The notes beneath the pieces were generated by a model, which was given only the letters and a program-made list of their open reading frames with translations, was not told the origin of the DNA and made no database searches. From Octopus bimaculoides (taxonomy: Eukaryota): DNA of 55,768 nucleotides. The DNA lies in the NCBI RefSeq assembly GCF_001194135.2, contig NC_068992.1, positions 44,062,554-44,118,321 on the forward strand, written 5' to 3'. Of this stretch, positions 12,811 to 25,317 are shown one piece after another (position 1 is the first letter of the stretch; each line of letters begins with the position of its first letter). Made by a program: the position numbers and the translations under genes.

Positions 12811-13790
12811 CTCCAATGTCACTGGTTTCGGAGGGTCAGCAAAATCCATGGGCTTACGCATTTTTACAGATTGAACTATAAAAAGATAATATAAATTACA
12901 GCTCTCGTTTCATTTTATTTTTAAGTGTATTACAATTTGGCATTTCTTCCAAACTTCTTAGGATTGTATTTGAAACTATCTACCATTCGTATCTAAATGT
13001 CAACAACCAAATCAATAATAATAGCAACAGTTTTCAGTCAGGAGATACGTTGCTTATTGATTATTTCACGAGACAACTGAAGCCAAAGAGAAAACTGGGA
13101 GAGAATTGTAAATTTATTTCTGGTATTTGATTTGTGAGTATATTTGAATAGAGAAAAATGGATTTGGTTAGGAAATTTTTTTAAATGCTCAAAAGTCTGA
13201 GTAAATATTTAATTACTCCAATCAAGTTAATCTAATTAAATTTAACATTGCTATGAATAGGGCCATATGAATAAAGCAGGCTGACTTATACTTATAGTTA
13301 ATTGCAAATGAGAAAACTGAGCAAGAGCCAGAAAATTTTGAAAGGAAAATTTCTTTGCATTAATTAATCGATAATAAAGAATTTATTTAAGAATTTGTGA
13401 TAACTTATCTCATTTGGGGATGTTGTGCTTTATGATATGAGATGCACATTACCATTGATTGCTTCGTAACCATGTACACTGTGAACTAAATATCCTGTAC
13501 AATATACGCAATGTAGCTATGTGTACCTTGTGTATAATCGACACGTCACTTGATTGATGTAAATATTATTTTTTTTTATTTTTCATTTCCATGTTTTGTA
13601 TAAAATCACTTCCAAAAAGGTCCCCAGTTCTTAATGAGAAAAACAAATTATTCCTTATTTTTTCAACTAAATTTTACATGTCAATCTATGTTATCTAACT
13701 ATATTTTCATAATCATTCACTGCTTTATGTGTTTTTGACATTATTAATTATTTCAAAATAAGTTCTGACCAATTATTTTCTTTGTTTCAG

Positions 13791-14122
13791 ATCGAGAACT
13801 GATTGCTCCTGAGAAATTTTCCCTAAAAGCGGAAGAAATCGTCTTTGTAAGCCTCGTGGTTATTGTGTGGATTGTGTCGGTAGTAGTTTTCCTTAAAAAA
13901 TGGGACAATATTCGGATTCTAGAACCGATGGAACCACGCTACCGACATGCGCCAAAAAACTTAGAGAGTATTCGCATTGTCAAACGGCCGCAAGATAGCG
14001 TTATTTACAAGAATTACGGAAGAAAAATGTCTATTACCATGCTAGAAAGAGAGAAGAAGCGTCTAGAGAGGATGAATACTCTTCCAACAATAGAGATGGA
14101 GGAAATTTCTACAGAAATATGA
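13791..14122 (+). CDS. Terminal coding exon of a single-pass membrane protein with FNDC4/FNDC5-like TM and juxtamembrane motif
   Basis: Branch-like TTCTGAC (13763-13769), polypyrimidine tract and TTTCAG| acceptor at 13790, phase 1. Open frame RELIAPEKFSLKAEEIVFVSLVVIVWIVSVVVFLKKWDNIRILEP...STEI* with one 19-aa hydrophobic helix followed by KK. Gapless match to recalled FNDC5 LRTGEVLIIVVVLFMWAGVIALFCRQYDIIKDNEP. Confidence 0.87.
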
Positions 14123-15444
14123 CCATTATTTACCGCATGGGAGGATTGCCCATGCGGTGAAGACATTTCACAAATAACTTTATTAAATGACTGAAATGTT
14201 TTTAATTGAGAAAATATATAAGGCGAAATATTTTGCGACATTTTCACTGCAAAATAATGAAAACGATGTAAATAGTTGTCTTAATTCAACAAAGAGATAG
14301 TTCTCAATTGATTCAGAAAATTTGTATCCATTTATACAATGAGTCAGTTATTACTTTAAGACATTTTAACAGTTACAAAGAAAATTAGGTAGTTTTAGCA
14401 GTTATTTGAAACGCAGTTTTTGTATTTTTATTAAGAAATTATTATCTCCTGTTTTCAAAAACGTTCAATTCACATATGTCAATTATCATTGACGTAAATG
14501 AATTTTACAACAGTCATTTGACATTTATGTCTTCTGATTAGAATGAGGTTCAAATATAACATATATAAATATACAAATTGCTTATTTATGAGGCAAAAAT
14601 ACGTGTAAATATATTTATACAAACAAGTATGTATAAATATACATATGCATACAGCTGGGTATTTGTATATATGTGGGTGTTTGTAGGTGTATGCAATCAA
14701 CTAAGTATTTGTGAATATATATATATATATATATATACAGGAAACGGTCTTATCAACAATATATATATACATACAATAATCTAAATATACAAATATATAG
14801 AACTATATATGTATGTATACATAACATTCGATAAGCCTCGTTTGGTTTCATGGAGGATCATCTGTACATGCTTTAGGTTTAGCTAGCAGTTAAACGAATT
14901 CCATGGAAGAAATGACATCTAAAGATGAAATGACCTAGACGTACTTTTTAATTATTTTATATAACTAATCATTTTGAAAACATTTATTTGAACAATGGCT
15001 TTGTACATTCACATTGAACAGATTGTACGTTCAAGTTGATGGTCTTACTCCATCTAGTAGTTGTGTAACATTAGGTCATCTTTCATCCAGCTCCCTAAGG
15101 TACATATGTAGTGGACAGAACAACCAGGTGTCATTTTACACCAAGTTTTCTGTAAATGTGTACATTTTTTTAATAGAAAATGTTCAATGTCTGGAAATAT
15201 AACGTTAAAAACTTATGGAACAATGGAATGATGTGACATTCGCGTCTTTCCATAGGGACTTAACATCGTAAATGAATACAACGTTTTCAAATGAGATTCC
15301 AAATCGTTTCGTGTATTTGGCACTGAAACAGCCCCTATCTTACTCTGTAGGACACTCTTAACGAAAGAATATCGTAAGGACTACTTGAACAAATATAGAA
15401 CAAATACAGATTTCTGTATAAGATGCAACTGTTTATAAAACAGT

Positions 15445-15551
15445 TATATATATATATATGTATGTGTGTGTGCGTGTGTGTGTGTGTATGTGTGTGCGTG
15501 TGTGCGCGCGCCTGTTTGTGTGCGTGTGCCTGTACGTCTGTGTGTATGTTC

Positions 15552-15620
<69 letters not shown>

Positions 15621-15660
15621 CACACACACACGCACACACATATATATATACATATATAAA
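15445..15660. repeat. Compound (TG)n-(TA)n-(CA)n microsatellite
   Basis: Direct reading. Confidence 0.97.
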
Positions 15661-17459
15661 TCATATATCTCATAGTGATAATTTTATATAGCTGCCTTTT
15701 TCCTAAACATACCTATCACAGACATAATCGAAACAAACCATTATACAAATATGCCACATTTATAAATCCAGTAGTAAAAGTGCCGCCCTCTTGATAGAAA
15801 GGGAAAGTTCAAGGAAATGAAACAAAATAAGCTGTCCACGAGTAAAGCTGATGTTCAGTCCCACCAAAGCACATCCATAAAAAGATAAACATATTTTTTA
15901 TAGGTAAAAAAAATATATTTTTCGATCCACTGTTGTTGACTTTTTTCGCACAATTTGGATTGAATAAAATTATTTAATGGATTCTTAAAAATGGTATTAG
16001 TAAAATTGATTTGCTAGTCAAAATTCAATTTGCAATCTATATTTGAATATTAAATTTCTTGAATTCAGGTAGATAAGTGTTAAGTGTTAAAACGACAGTT
16101 AATAATTTTTGGTATCAGTCAGTTAAGAATGTCAATATATTAATCCACTTTAATCTGTCGCTCGGTTTAACACCACTACCTGGCCCATGGGTGCCTTTAT
16201 CAGAGTTCACTATTGCAAGCATTCTGCCCCAGATCTCCTGTTTAAGGATATTTCCTTTTCTCCTATCGGAGAATGGATCATGAAATAATTAATATGATAT
16301 TTTTGATTAAAAATTTATTCCGTTATTGCTAAATGAAAAATAAAACGTGTTTTTCTCAGAACATCTAATTAAAGTTACGAATATTAGAATAACTAAATTT
16401 GTGTAACTATCTATTTAGTAATAATACCTTTAATTCTACAAAGCATTTAATTCAAATTAAATACTTCACAAGAAATAAAATAATTGCTTAAAACACCATA
16501 TGATATGTATTTAAAAATGTAAATTGTTCGAAGTATTATCAATTAATCATTTTAAAACTATGAAACATCCTTCAAATCGAAGTACACGTTATCATATCAA
16601 CTGACAGGTTAACCGACTACTCCGACAACGGTTGCGTAAGTATGATAACTTTTACACGTACCTCTCGAAGTATGTTATTTGGTCAAAAACAAAACTTGCT
16701 GACAGAAGCGATATTTTGAAATATAAACGTTGTGGTGTTGGCTGCTGTAAATGGTGGATATAGTTGCATAAATAGAACCAAAGTCGGTTATATTTAACTT
16801 TAATTTCGGTAAAACCTCTCAGACAATCGATTTTACATCACTCAGTAAAGTAAAGTGCCAAAACCTCTACAGTATATCTCGGAAGTAGCGAATCTTAAAC
16901 AGCACGCTAGAAATACATGGGAGTATAGTGTTGAAAATAAAATAGTAAAACCTCATGGTAGGAAGTTCAGAAGAAAGGAAAAGTTTAAAAGTTCTTGGAG
17001 TTTCAGTCGTGAAACTCAGACAGGAATTTCAAAATAGAAATAATTTTCCAAAGATTAAGCGAATATTTGTCATGGTAGCAGCATAAGTATCATGTGCTGT
17101 ATAATAAATGTGTGGTCGTTAACGTCTACAGAGGGTATAGATATAACAGTCCTAGCACGTCTTCTCTGTCATAAAGAAAAGGCTTGTTTTGTGTTATTAT
17201 AAAATAATTTAAATTAGTATTTCTTAAGAGAAAACTAAGGAAACTTTTGCGAATGAAATTTAGCACCTAAATGAATCGTATAGAATATAAATGACAGTTT
17301 GCGGTAGATATATCGGTGTGGACAAGATTATGTTTTAACTATGAAATGACCGAAGATAGGCCCAACTGATAAACAGATCTTTACTTTACTTGAAGGGTGT
17401 GGAAAAAAGAATAATGTCCATGGCTTTTGCAGGCCTCCTAGGTTGGTAAAATTTATGTC

Positions 17460-19340
17460 ATTTGTAAGTCAACACATGGGAAAGCATATAAACACGTAGG
17501 AAATCTGTGAGTGCAGAAGGACTGTGCGAAGTGTTTACTACTTGATCTAGAGCTAGACACAAGACGGGAAATAAGTAAAGGGGAAACAAATAGGATGCGA
17601 ATACTTGAATGAAGCTGGCAAGAACCCAACCAGTTCTGATTAGGGGCATAATTATCGTAGCGGTAGAATAGGTAGAATGAGGAGGCAGTATGGCTGTGGG
17701 CCAGAGGCTGGAATGCATCTGTATATTATTTGAAGCCAGTCAGTTGGGTGCACGTGGCCTGGGATGTCTGTATGAGTAGCAACTGCACCATCCTACATAT
17801 CCGTGAGAAACTCTAAAGTTGTTTTCACCTAGGCTTTATAGTATGGCAATAATTGCTGTGAGCTGAAAAATCTTCTGGTTCTAAATGGAAGAACCCGTCT
17901 ATGGAGTGTTTTGCTGTGTTAAGGATGTCCTTTTGCCAGGAGAGTTTTTCAGTAATAGTGAGACCGAACAAATGTGAGAACTGTAGTTGAGTGCTGTTCA
18001 TGAATAGGTGGGTGTATTGCGCTGACGTTTTCTTAATATGAGTAACGTATGAACCTTCAAGTATGAGATTGGTATATCATCATTTGAGGTGCTTTTGAGG
18101 TCTCTTCGTAGAATCGTAGAGTCACTATATGTTTTGAATGTAATATCTAGGTTGCAAATAAGTAATGTATGGATGGACAATGTTAGGGGGGAATGAAGAG
18201 TAGTGTCATCTGGGAAGAATGGTCTTGTTCGATGTGACGGCAAGTCATTGATATTTAGCAAGAAAAGAATGGGAAGGGGACAAACTGGAACCCCAGTGCA
18301 TGCCATATTTAAAAGAATGCACAACAGTGCTCTGTCAATATGTGGCAATAATGTAATTTGACAGGAAGCTACCGATATATAAGAGATGGCAAATAAGTGG
18401 ATGTGGTGGACCTGGATAAGGGAAAGAGCTAGAAAGAGATTTGCCAAGTAAGTGCTTGTGGTCTTGGCTGAAAAACGCTATTATGTAGTGGAGGAGAGAA
18501 GGTAATATAAAGTTGCCAGGAACTCTTTTGGTAAAAGACAAACATAATCGACTACAGTTTAGAAGGCGAAGTAACTTGAGAAGTGTAGGAAACACAGTTA
18601 CCATTCTTGGTCCGGATAATGGCCTTGCATATGTGACGTTTTTCTGGGTTTTTAAGGGTGACTCCACATTGTAAGCCCTGCTTTTCTTCTGAATAGTTAT
18701 AACACAAGTTTTAGAGAACCTCTTGGGAGAATAGGAGTATTTGATTTTTGCTGTATGCAGCAAATAAACGGACAAGTATCACTCAAGAGTCTAGCTGCTT
18801 GATTGGTCAAGAGTGAAGCACATATGCTGCCACGAGTAATCTGGTGGAGTTTGATTCAGATCATAAAATCATTCGGCTAGCTTGAAATAACATGGAGTGT
18901 AGGACGTAGAAGGTTCTATGTGGTATATGAATGAAGTTGCTGTGAGAGAGTCTTTATGTAACATTATAGTGTGGAGGGAGTTATAGTTTTACATAACTTA
19001 GGTTAGGATGTGAGAAAGAGATCTGAGGGGAATGACAGGGGGTGCGGAGCCTATGAGCTTATCAAATGTAGGCTGAGCAGATAGTTTAAGAGGTAGGGGT
19101 CTCAAAATGGAAAAGAATGTGATCTGCGTGTGAGAAGGATATAATAAGTGAAATTTAGATTGAATAAAATTAACAAATATTGGAAAAGGGGATGGAAAAT
19201 TGTCTAGACAGTTTACTTGTAGGTCTTTTGGTAGAAGAAGAATAGAGTTCAGTGCATTAAAATCTCATGGTAACCATCAACGGGAGGTTTGGAGCGAATG
19301 GCTTGCAAAAGAGCAAACTCAGTTTAATGACAGCTACAAA
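17460..19340 (-). mobile_element. Decayed CR1-group LINE ORF2 (endonuclease, RT, post-RT)
   Basis: DFNA near 19270 and ADHIL (endonuclease end). TGVPVCPLPILFLLNINDL...FPDDTTLH resembles GVPQGS..LFLLFINDL..YADD. DGAVATHTDIPG in the post-RT part. Many stops and frameshifts. Confidence 0.75.
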
Positions 19341-19719
19341 AATAAAATAATGAATGCGAATGAAATATTTACTTCAAATAAAAATATCAATCAAGATTGA
19401 AATTTCAATATATTACGTTTTTCTAGATAATGATTTACATATTTCCCTTCAATTACAAATTTTATACCAAAAAATAGTAAATTTCAAAGTATTGTAAAGA
19501 TTATATAATGAAATATTCAGGCAAACGATAAAAGCATTTATGGTTCAACTTTTATCACATTAAATTTTGATACATATATTTTTACTTTAAAATAAAGATT
19601 GGGCATAACTGTGTTTCAAGTAAGGTTATCTACGATTCTGTATATACTATGTGTGCTGTTGCTATGGATATGAAATTATCTTGCCTCAAAGTGTCTATAC
19701 GCGCGTGTTTGTATGTTTA

Positions 19720-19813
19720 CACACACACATACACACACACATATACGCACACACCACACACGCACGTGCGCGCACACATACACACGCATTCATACAAAAA
19801 TGCCCGCATACAC

Positions 19814-19860
<47 letters not shown>

Positions 19861-20112
19861 NNNNNNNNNNNNNNNNNNNNNNNNNNNNNNNNNNNNNNNN
19901 NNNNNNNNNNNNNNNNNNNNNNNNNNNNNNNNNNNNNNNNNNNNNNNNNNNNNNNNNNNNNNNNNNNNNNNNNNNNNNNNNNNNNNNNNNNNNNNNNNNN
20001 NNNNNNNNNNNNNNNNNNNNNNNNNNNNNNNNNNNNNNNNNNNNNNNNNNNNNNNNNNNNNNNNNNNNNNNNNNNNNNNNNNNNNNNNNNNNNNNNNNNN
20101 NNNNNNNNNNNN

Positions 20113-20143
<31 letters not shown>

Positions 20144-20230
20144 AATATATATGCGTGTGTGTGTGTGTGAGTGTGTGTGCATGTGTGCGTGTATGTGTGT
20201 GTGTGTGTTTGTGTTTTCTGCGTGTGTTTG
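19720..20230. repeat. Compound CA/TA/TG microsatellite spanning gap 19861-20112
   Basis: Direct reading. Confidence 0.95.
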
Positions 20231-21437
20231 TATAAAAATGTGTTATCGAAGGCGATAGCAATGTGGGTAGAAATTTTGATTTTAGGAATAATTATAAAAT
20301 ATCAAAATGTTGCCTTAGAAATGTTTAAGTAGCTTTGTTAGAATTCTTTTACAATGTCTGTACAGGATTAATTTAGCACTTTGAAAGTAACATTTCAATT
20401 CCTTTGGTATACGCACCCTTTTTTATGTTCACTGCACTAACAATTGTTATCGCCTTCTAGAAAACTAATTTACTCTGTATTCCACCATGCTTCAAACAAA
20501 CTACAAGAATATACGAAAATACAGACATTCCTATATGCACGCATTCATATACATACGTATATGTATGTGCGTTTGTGTGTACATGTGTGATTGTGTTTGT
20601 GGGTATGATGCGCACGAGCATATTGTGCATTTGTTTTTATACACAGTAAATGTTTTTTACAAGCAACATTCTTCTATTGTTCTTGGTGTCAAATACATGA
20701 GGAGTAATAGTAAGTATACTCGGATGTTTTATCTGTTTACCATAAACTTAAACGTTAATGAGTGACGAGATGGTATCACATCAATTTCTCAACGTCTTGC
20801 ACACCTTAAATAAGGTCTCTGTCATGGCTACCATATTTTATTATTTTCTTGTCTGTAAAACGACAGGTTAATTCTTTGTATTAAAATTCCTGTTTATTAA
20901 TTTTTGTCTATGAAATTTCAAATATTTTTCATATCTCTTCAAAATATTTTCTTAATGTTTTCTCATGTACGTTTAAGCATGCGCACAGAGCATCTTTATC
21001 GTGATACATTGTTAATGGCCTGTTAAAACTCGCAAACGTTTCAAAACTTTAGAAGTTTATTGTGCATTGTGTAAGTACCAAACTATTGTGTTAGTTAAGT
21101 GGATATAGCTTATGCTGTTAATTTTGTTATACGACTGCGAACATTTAAAAAGAGAGTTTCATTGCGTTTCTTACTGTGTATTTTTGTATTTCATGTTCTA
21201 ATGAAATTTTTTCATAACGGCTCATGACATATTTTTATTAGTTTGTATATGCATTATCTGATTTCATTTGATAATACGTAAATGTGGTTAACTTCATATT
21301 GAAATTATAGTTTTGTCAACTGACTTATTCATAACTCCATTGTTACTTTTTTCGTCCTCTTCTGAGTAGCGATTTGACAATACATTTAGTACAGATCGGC
21401 AAGGTCCTTCAGTACATGGAGAAAAATGCTATTTTAT

Positions 21438-21638
21438 TTATCAAATTTTGGCACAAGTTCGGAGGAGGGGGAAGTCGATTACATCGACCCCAGTGCTCAA
21501 CTAGTACTTATTTTATCGACACCGGAAGAATGAAAGGTAAAGTCGACTTCGGCGCAATTTGAACTCAGATCGTAAAAACGGACGACATGCCACTAACTAT
21601 TTTCCCGGCACGGTTTCGATTCCCTCAGTTCGCCGCCT
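21438..21638 (-). mobile_element. SINE family 1 copy
   Basis: Reverse complement GGCGGCGAACTG...CTGAGTTCAAATTGCGCCGAAGTCGACTTTACCTTTCA...AAGTACTAGTT. Confidence 0.85.
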
Positions 21639-22345
21639 CCGGTTCACATAAAAACCATAATTGAATATAAATAAAAAAAAACTTTGTAATTCATATCTCT
21701 CTTTCGGGAGATTTGAATACATGAAGACATGAAGTAGAATAAAAATTAGTGAAGATTTGACACTGAAGAAAAAGTATTTAATATGGCCAAATAGGGTTAC
21801 ATTTTCAGAATTAAAGAGCGCGCAATATGCACATATATTCACACAAATGCATATGCATACATAAATATATGCTTATAGTCCAATGATGGTGTAACTAGCC
21901 GATACTTCGAAATCACTGTCAATGATATTCTTGTTTAAGAATAAACTTGTGCTCTACAAAATTATAGAGTAACACCTCAGGTTAATTCAACATTGTTTTA
22001 TTATAACTAAATATTAACTTAATATACTCACACACACGCGCGCGCGCACACACACACACAAACACACACATATGAGAGAACAAGAGTGGGGAAAATCACA
22101 TCTCTAATTGATGATTACACCATACATTACCGATAGTCGTTTGTACCGTATTAGCATATTTAGATACAAAAACAAAATCTATAAAATATCAGTCAAATAA
22201 ATATATCCTAAATATATGCTAAGACAACGCTATCATTGCAATCCAAAATGGAGTAAATTCTAAGTGAAATAAGGAAATATCTCTGGCATAGAAAATTATA
22301 TTTCTTCTAAAAATTCTTTTTGTATGCGTTCGTCTATTAGATATA

Positions 22346-22704
22346 CAGGGGTATTCAAAAAGCAAGTTCATTATGAAACGAAAGAATAAATTTGTTTTGC
22401 CTGAGGCGATTCCAGAAGATATTGACATAGAAGGGAAATGGAAAAACTTTGATAGGGCATTCAACCAGACAACCAAAGAAATACTCAGTGGATCGTGATA
22501 TGCTGATTCGCGTCTGGGAGGAATCCTCTTATCGCATTGATGTTGCCCGTGCTGCGGGTGATGGCCACATTGAACACTTGTAAGACAGAAAATAAAAGTG
22601 GAGTGTGAGTAAATACTTGTGAGTTAGCTGGAGTTTTCTATTGCTTTTCCTTATAAAAAAAATATTGCGTAATGAAATCGGTTCATTCTTTTTGACTAGC
22701 CTTG
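22346..22704 (+). mobile_element. Internally deleted Tc1/mariner-superfamily element with TIRs and TA target site
   Basis: TA-CAGGGGTATTCAAAAAG versus reverse-complemented right end TA-CAAGGCTAGTCAAAAAG (3 mismatches). Retains transposase C-terminus VDRDMLIRVWEESSYRIDVARAAGDGHIEHL*. Confidence 0.75.
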
Positions 22705-22955
22705 TATATCTTAATTCACTTTGAATTTAGCCCAATTTGTATTGAATTGATAACATTGTGTTAACATATATTTTCGGATATATTAATTTGACTGGTGTTT
22801 TGTTTTTCTGTACCTTAATATGCTGGCACGATAGAAACGCTCACCGATAATGTATGGTGCAATCACTTAAAGATGTCATTTACTCCGTTCTTGTTCTTGT
22901 TGCCTTAGACAGTGAATTTCTTGAAATTCTCCTAAGCGATATTTGGATTTTATGT

Positions 22956-22986
<31 letters not shown>

Positions 22987-23099
22987 NNNNNNNNNNAAAA
23001 TCACCATGGATTCACATGTGGTTACCATTTGAAATGACCGGAAGGGAATGGGCAAAGAAAAAGTTCTTTCTAAGACAGGAGAGTGTAAGAGAAGGAGGT

Positions 23100-23225
23100 A
23101 TGTGTGTGTATGTGTAGGTATGTGCGCGCGCGCAAGTCTGAGTTTGTGCGTTTCTGTGTGTCTGTGTGTGTAGTGTATGCATGTGTGAGTTCATATGCGT
23201 GTGCGTGTGTGTGTATGTGTGTGCG

Positions 23226-23281
<56 letters not shown>

Positions 23282-23282
23282 T
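23100..23282. repeat. (TG)n/(TA)n microsatellite
   Basis: Direct reading. Confidence 0.95.
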
Positions 23283-23293
23283 TTTTAGGTGAC

Positions 23294-23371
23294 GTAACAA
23301 GGTGACTCAAAGTCCGATAGTTTCGTAAGTGCCAACGTGCGAAACTCTCGGACCTTCAGTGACTTTGTTAC
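23294..23371. other. 78-nt imperfect hairpin (pre-miRNA-like or mini-MITE)
   Basis: 32-nt arms (23294-23325 and 23340-23371): 27 Watson-Crick pairs, 1 G-U pair, 4 symmetric mismatches, 14-nt loop. Confidence 0.55.
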
Positions 23372-23459
23372 TCCTGCAAAATATTAATAAAAATATACAT
23401 ATAGTCATATTTTGAATTCTAATTTTCCTGTTTGCATCAACATACCTTTGTACAGAATA

Positions 23460-24239
23460 CCTTGGCTTAAGTCGTTCTCGAAATATCTAGGAAATATGAA
23501 GGCCGACCTAACCCAGGAGATCCAATGAGCTATCAGCAGCCGTATATGCAAGACACAAAGAACACACACTCACCATCAACTAAAACATCACACACACAGC
23601 ACTCCATGCAAAAACTACCCTCACTGCTATCTCCGAACAACATAACACATAAGACTAAGCGCTTAGAATAATACAAACATCAAACTACCCTTCCCTCGGC
23701 ATTCCTGCTAAATGTACGTGGCAAGAACCCATCACTCACTGTCCCAAAATGGAAGATCCCATACATAGAGAGTTGGCTTTCCGAAACGGCACACTGTATC
23801 CCATTCTTTATCCTTACTGAAACTCACCTAAACAGCACTCACATGGATGCCGAGGTGAAAATAAAAGATTTCACCATCATCCGCGAAGATCGCACGGACC
23901 GAAATAAAGGAGGATCAGCCATCTTCCTCCATGATTCCTTTGCAGTTGATGCCAAGGAAATATTTTCCAATCGCTACTGGGAACCCATATCACTATTCAA
24001 CAAGGCTAATGACATGACCATTGTTGGCTTCTACAAGCCTCCACAACCACCTCTAAATTGCTTTGAAGAATGCCTCAACAAAATCAAGTCCTTCCTTCAA
24101 AATTACAACTCCGGAAACATACTGGTGATGGGTGATTTTAAGATCACATGGCAGCGCTTTGAGAACATTATCACCTGTACATGCTCAAAACATGCACCTA
24201 CGAAATCCACTAGCAGAAACGAAAACAGGTTCCCTAGAG

Positions 24240-24240
<1 letters not shown>
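23460..24240 (+). mobile_element. LINE apurinic endonuclease (APE) domain fragment
   Basis: Open frame 23672-24250: LLNVRG, ILTETHL, REDRTDRNKGGSAIF, VGFYKPP, ILVMGDF. Internally deleted after GDF and cut off by (GATA)n/(GA)n and a gap. Confidence 0.88.

Positions 24241-24331
<91 letters not shown>
24238..24331. repeat. (GATA)n-(GA)n microsatellite abutting gap 24332-25317
   Basis: Direct reading. Confidence 0.97.
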
Positions 24332-25317
24332 NNNNNNNNNNNNNNNNNNNNNNNNNNNNNNNNNNNNNNNNNNNNNNNNNNNNNNNNNNNNNNNNNNNNN
24401 NNNNNNNNNNNNNNNNNNNNNNNNNNNNNNNNNNNNNNNNNNNNNNNNNNNNNNNNNNNNNNNNNNNNNNNNNNNNNNNNNNNNNNNNNNNNNNNNNNNN
24501 NNNNNNNNNNNNNNNNNNNNNNNNNNNNNNNNNNNNNNNNNNNNNNNNNNNNNNNNNNNNNNNNNNNNNNNNNNNNNNNNNNNNNNNNNNNNNNNNNNNN
24601 NNNNNNNNNNNNNNNNNNNNNNNNNNNNNNNNNNNNNNNNNNNNNNNNNNNNNNNNNNNNNNNNNNNNNNNNNNNNNNNNNNNNNNNNNNNNNNNNNNNN
24701 NNNNNNNNNNNNNNNNNNNNNNNNNNNNNNNNNNNNNNNNNNNNNNNNNNNNNNNNNNNNNNNNNNNNNNNNNNNNNNNNNNNNNNNNNNNNNNNNNNNN
24801 NNNNNNNNNNNNNNNNNNNNNNNNNNNNNNNNNNNNNNNNNNNNNNNNNNNNNNNNNNNNNNNNNNNNNNNNNNNNNNNNNNNNNNNNNNNNNNNNNNNN
24901 NNNNNNNNNNNNNNNNNNNNNNNNNNNNNNNNNNNNNNNNNNNNNNNNNNNNNNNNNNNNNNNNNNNNNNNNNNNNNNNNNNNNNNNNNNNNNNNNNNNN
25001 NNNNNNNNNNNNNNNNNNNNNNNNNNNNNNNNNNNNNNNNNNNNNNNNNNNNNNNNNNNNNNNNNNNNNNNNNNNNNNNNNNNNNNNNNNNNNNNNNNNN
25101 NNNNNNNNNNNNNNNNNNNNNNNNNNNNNNNNNNNNNNNNNNNNNNNNNNNNNNNNNNNNNNNNNNNNNNNNNNNNNNNNNNNNNNNNNNNNNNNNNNNN
25201 NNNNNNNNNNNNNNNNNNNNNNNNNNNNNNNNNNNNNNNNNNNNNNNNNNNNNNNNNNNNNNNNNNNNNNNNNNNNNNNNNNNNNNNNNNNNNNNNNNNN
25301 NNNNNNNNNNNNNNNNN
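24332..25317. other. Assembly gap (largest; others at 5723-5781, 19861-20112, 22987-22996, 34825-34834, 38638-39064, 44667-44826, 52266-52717)
   Basis: Runs of N, mostly bordered by microsatellites. Confidence 1.

Noticed and set aside
15335-15691. Many ORFs rich in YI/CV/HT (also 1996-2413, 6967-7188, 23012-23300, 26694-27188, 29861-30093, 48571-49041, 55372-55621)
   Set aside because: Translations of dinucleotide or tetranucleotide microsatellites, not genes.
19649-20261. Long ORFs with X runs (also 24103-25401, 38590-39237, 44568-44975, 52214-52859)
   Set aside because: Artefacts of N gaps read through as open frames.
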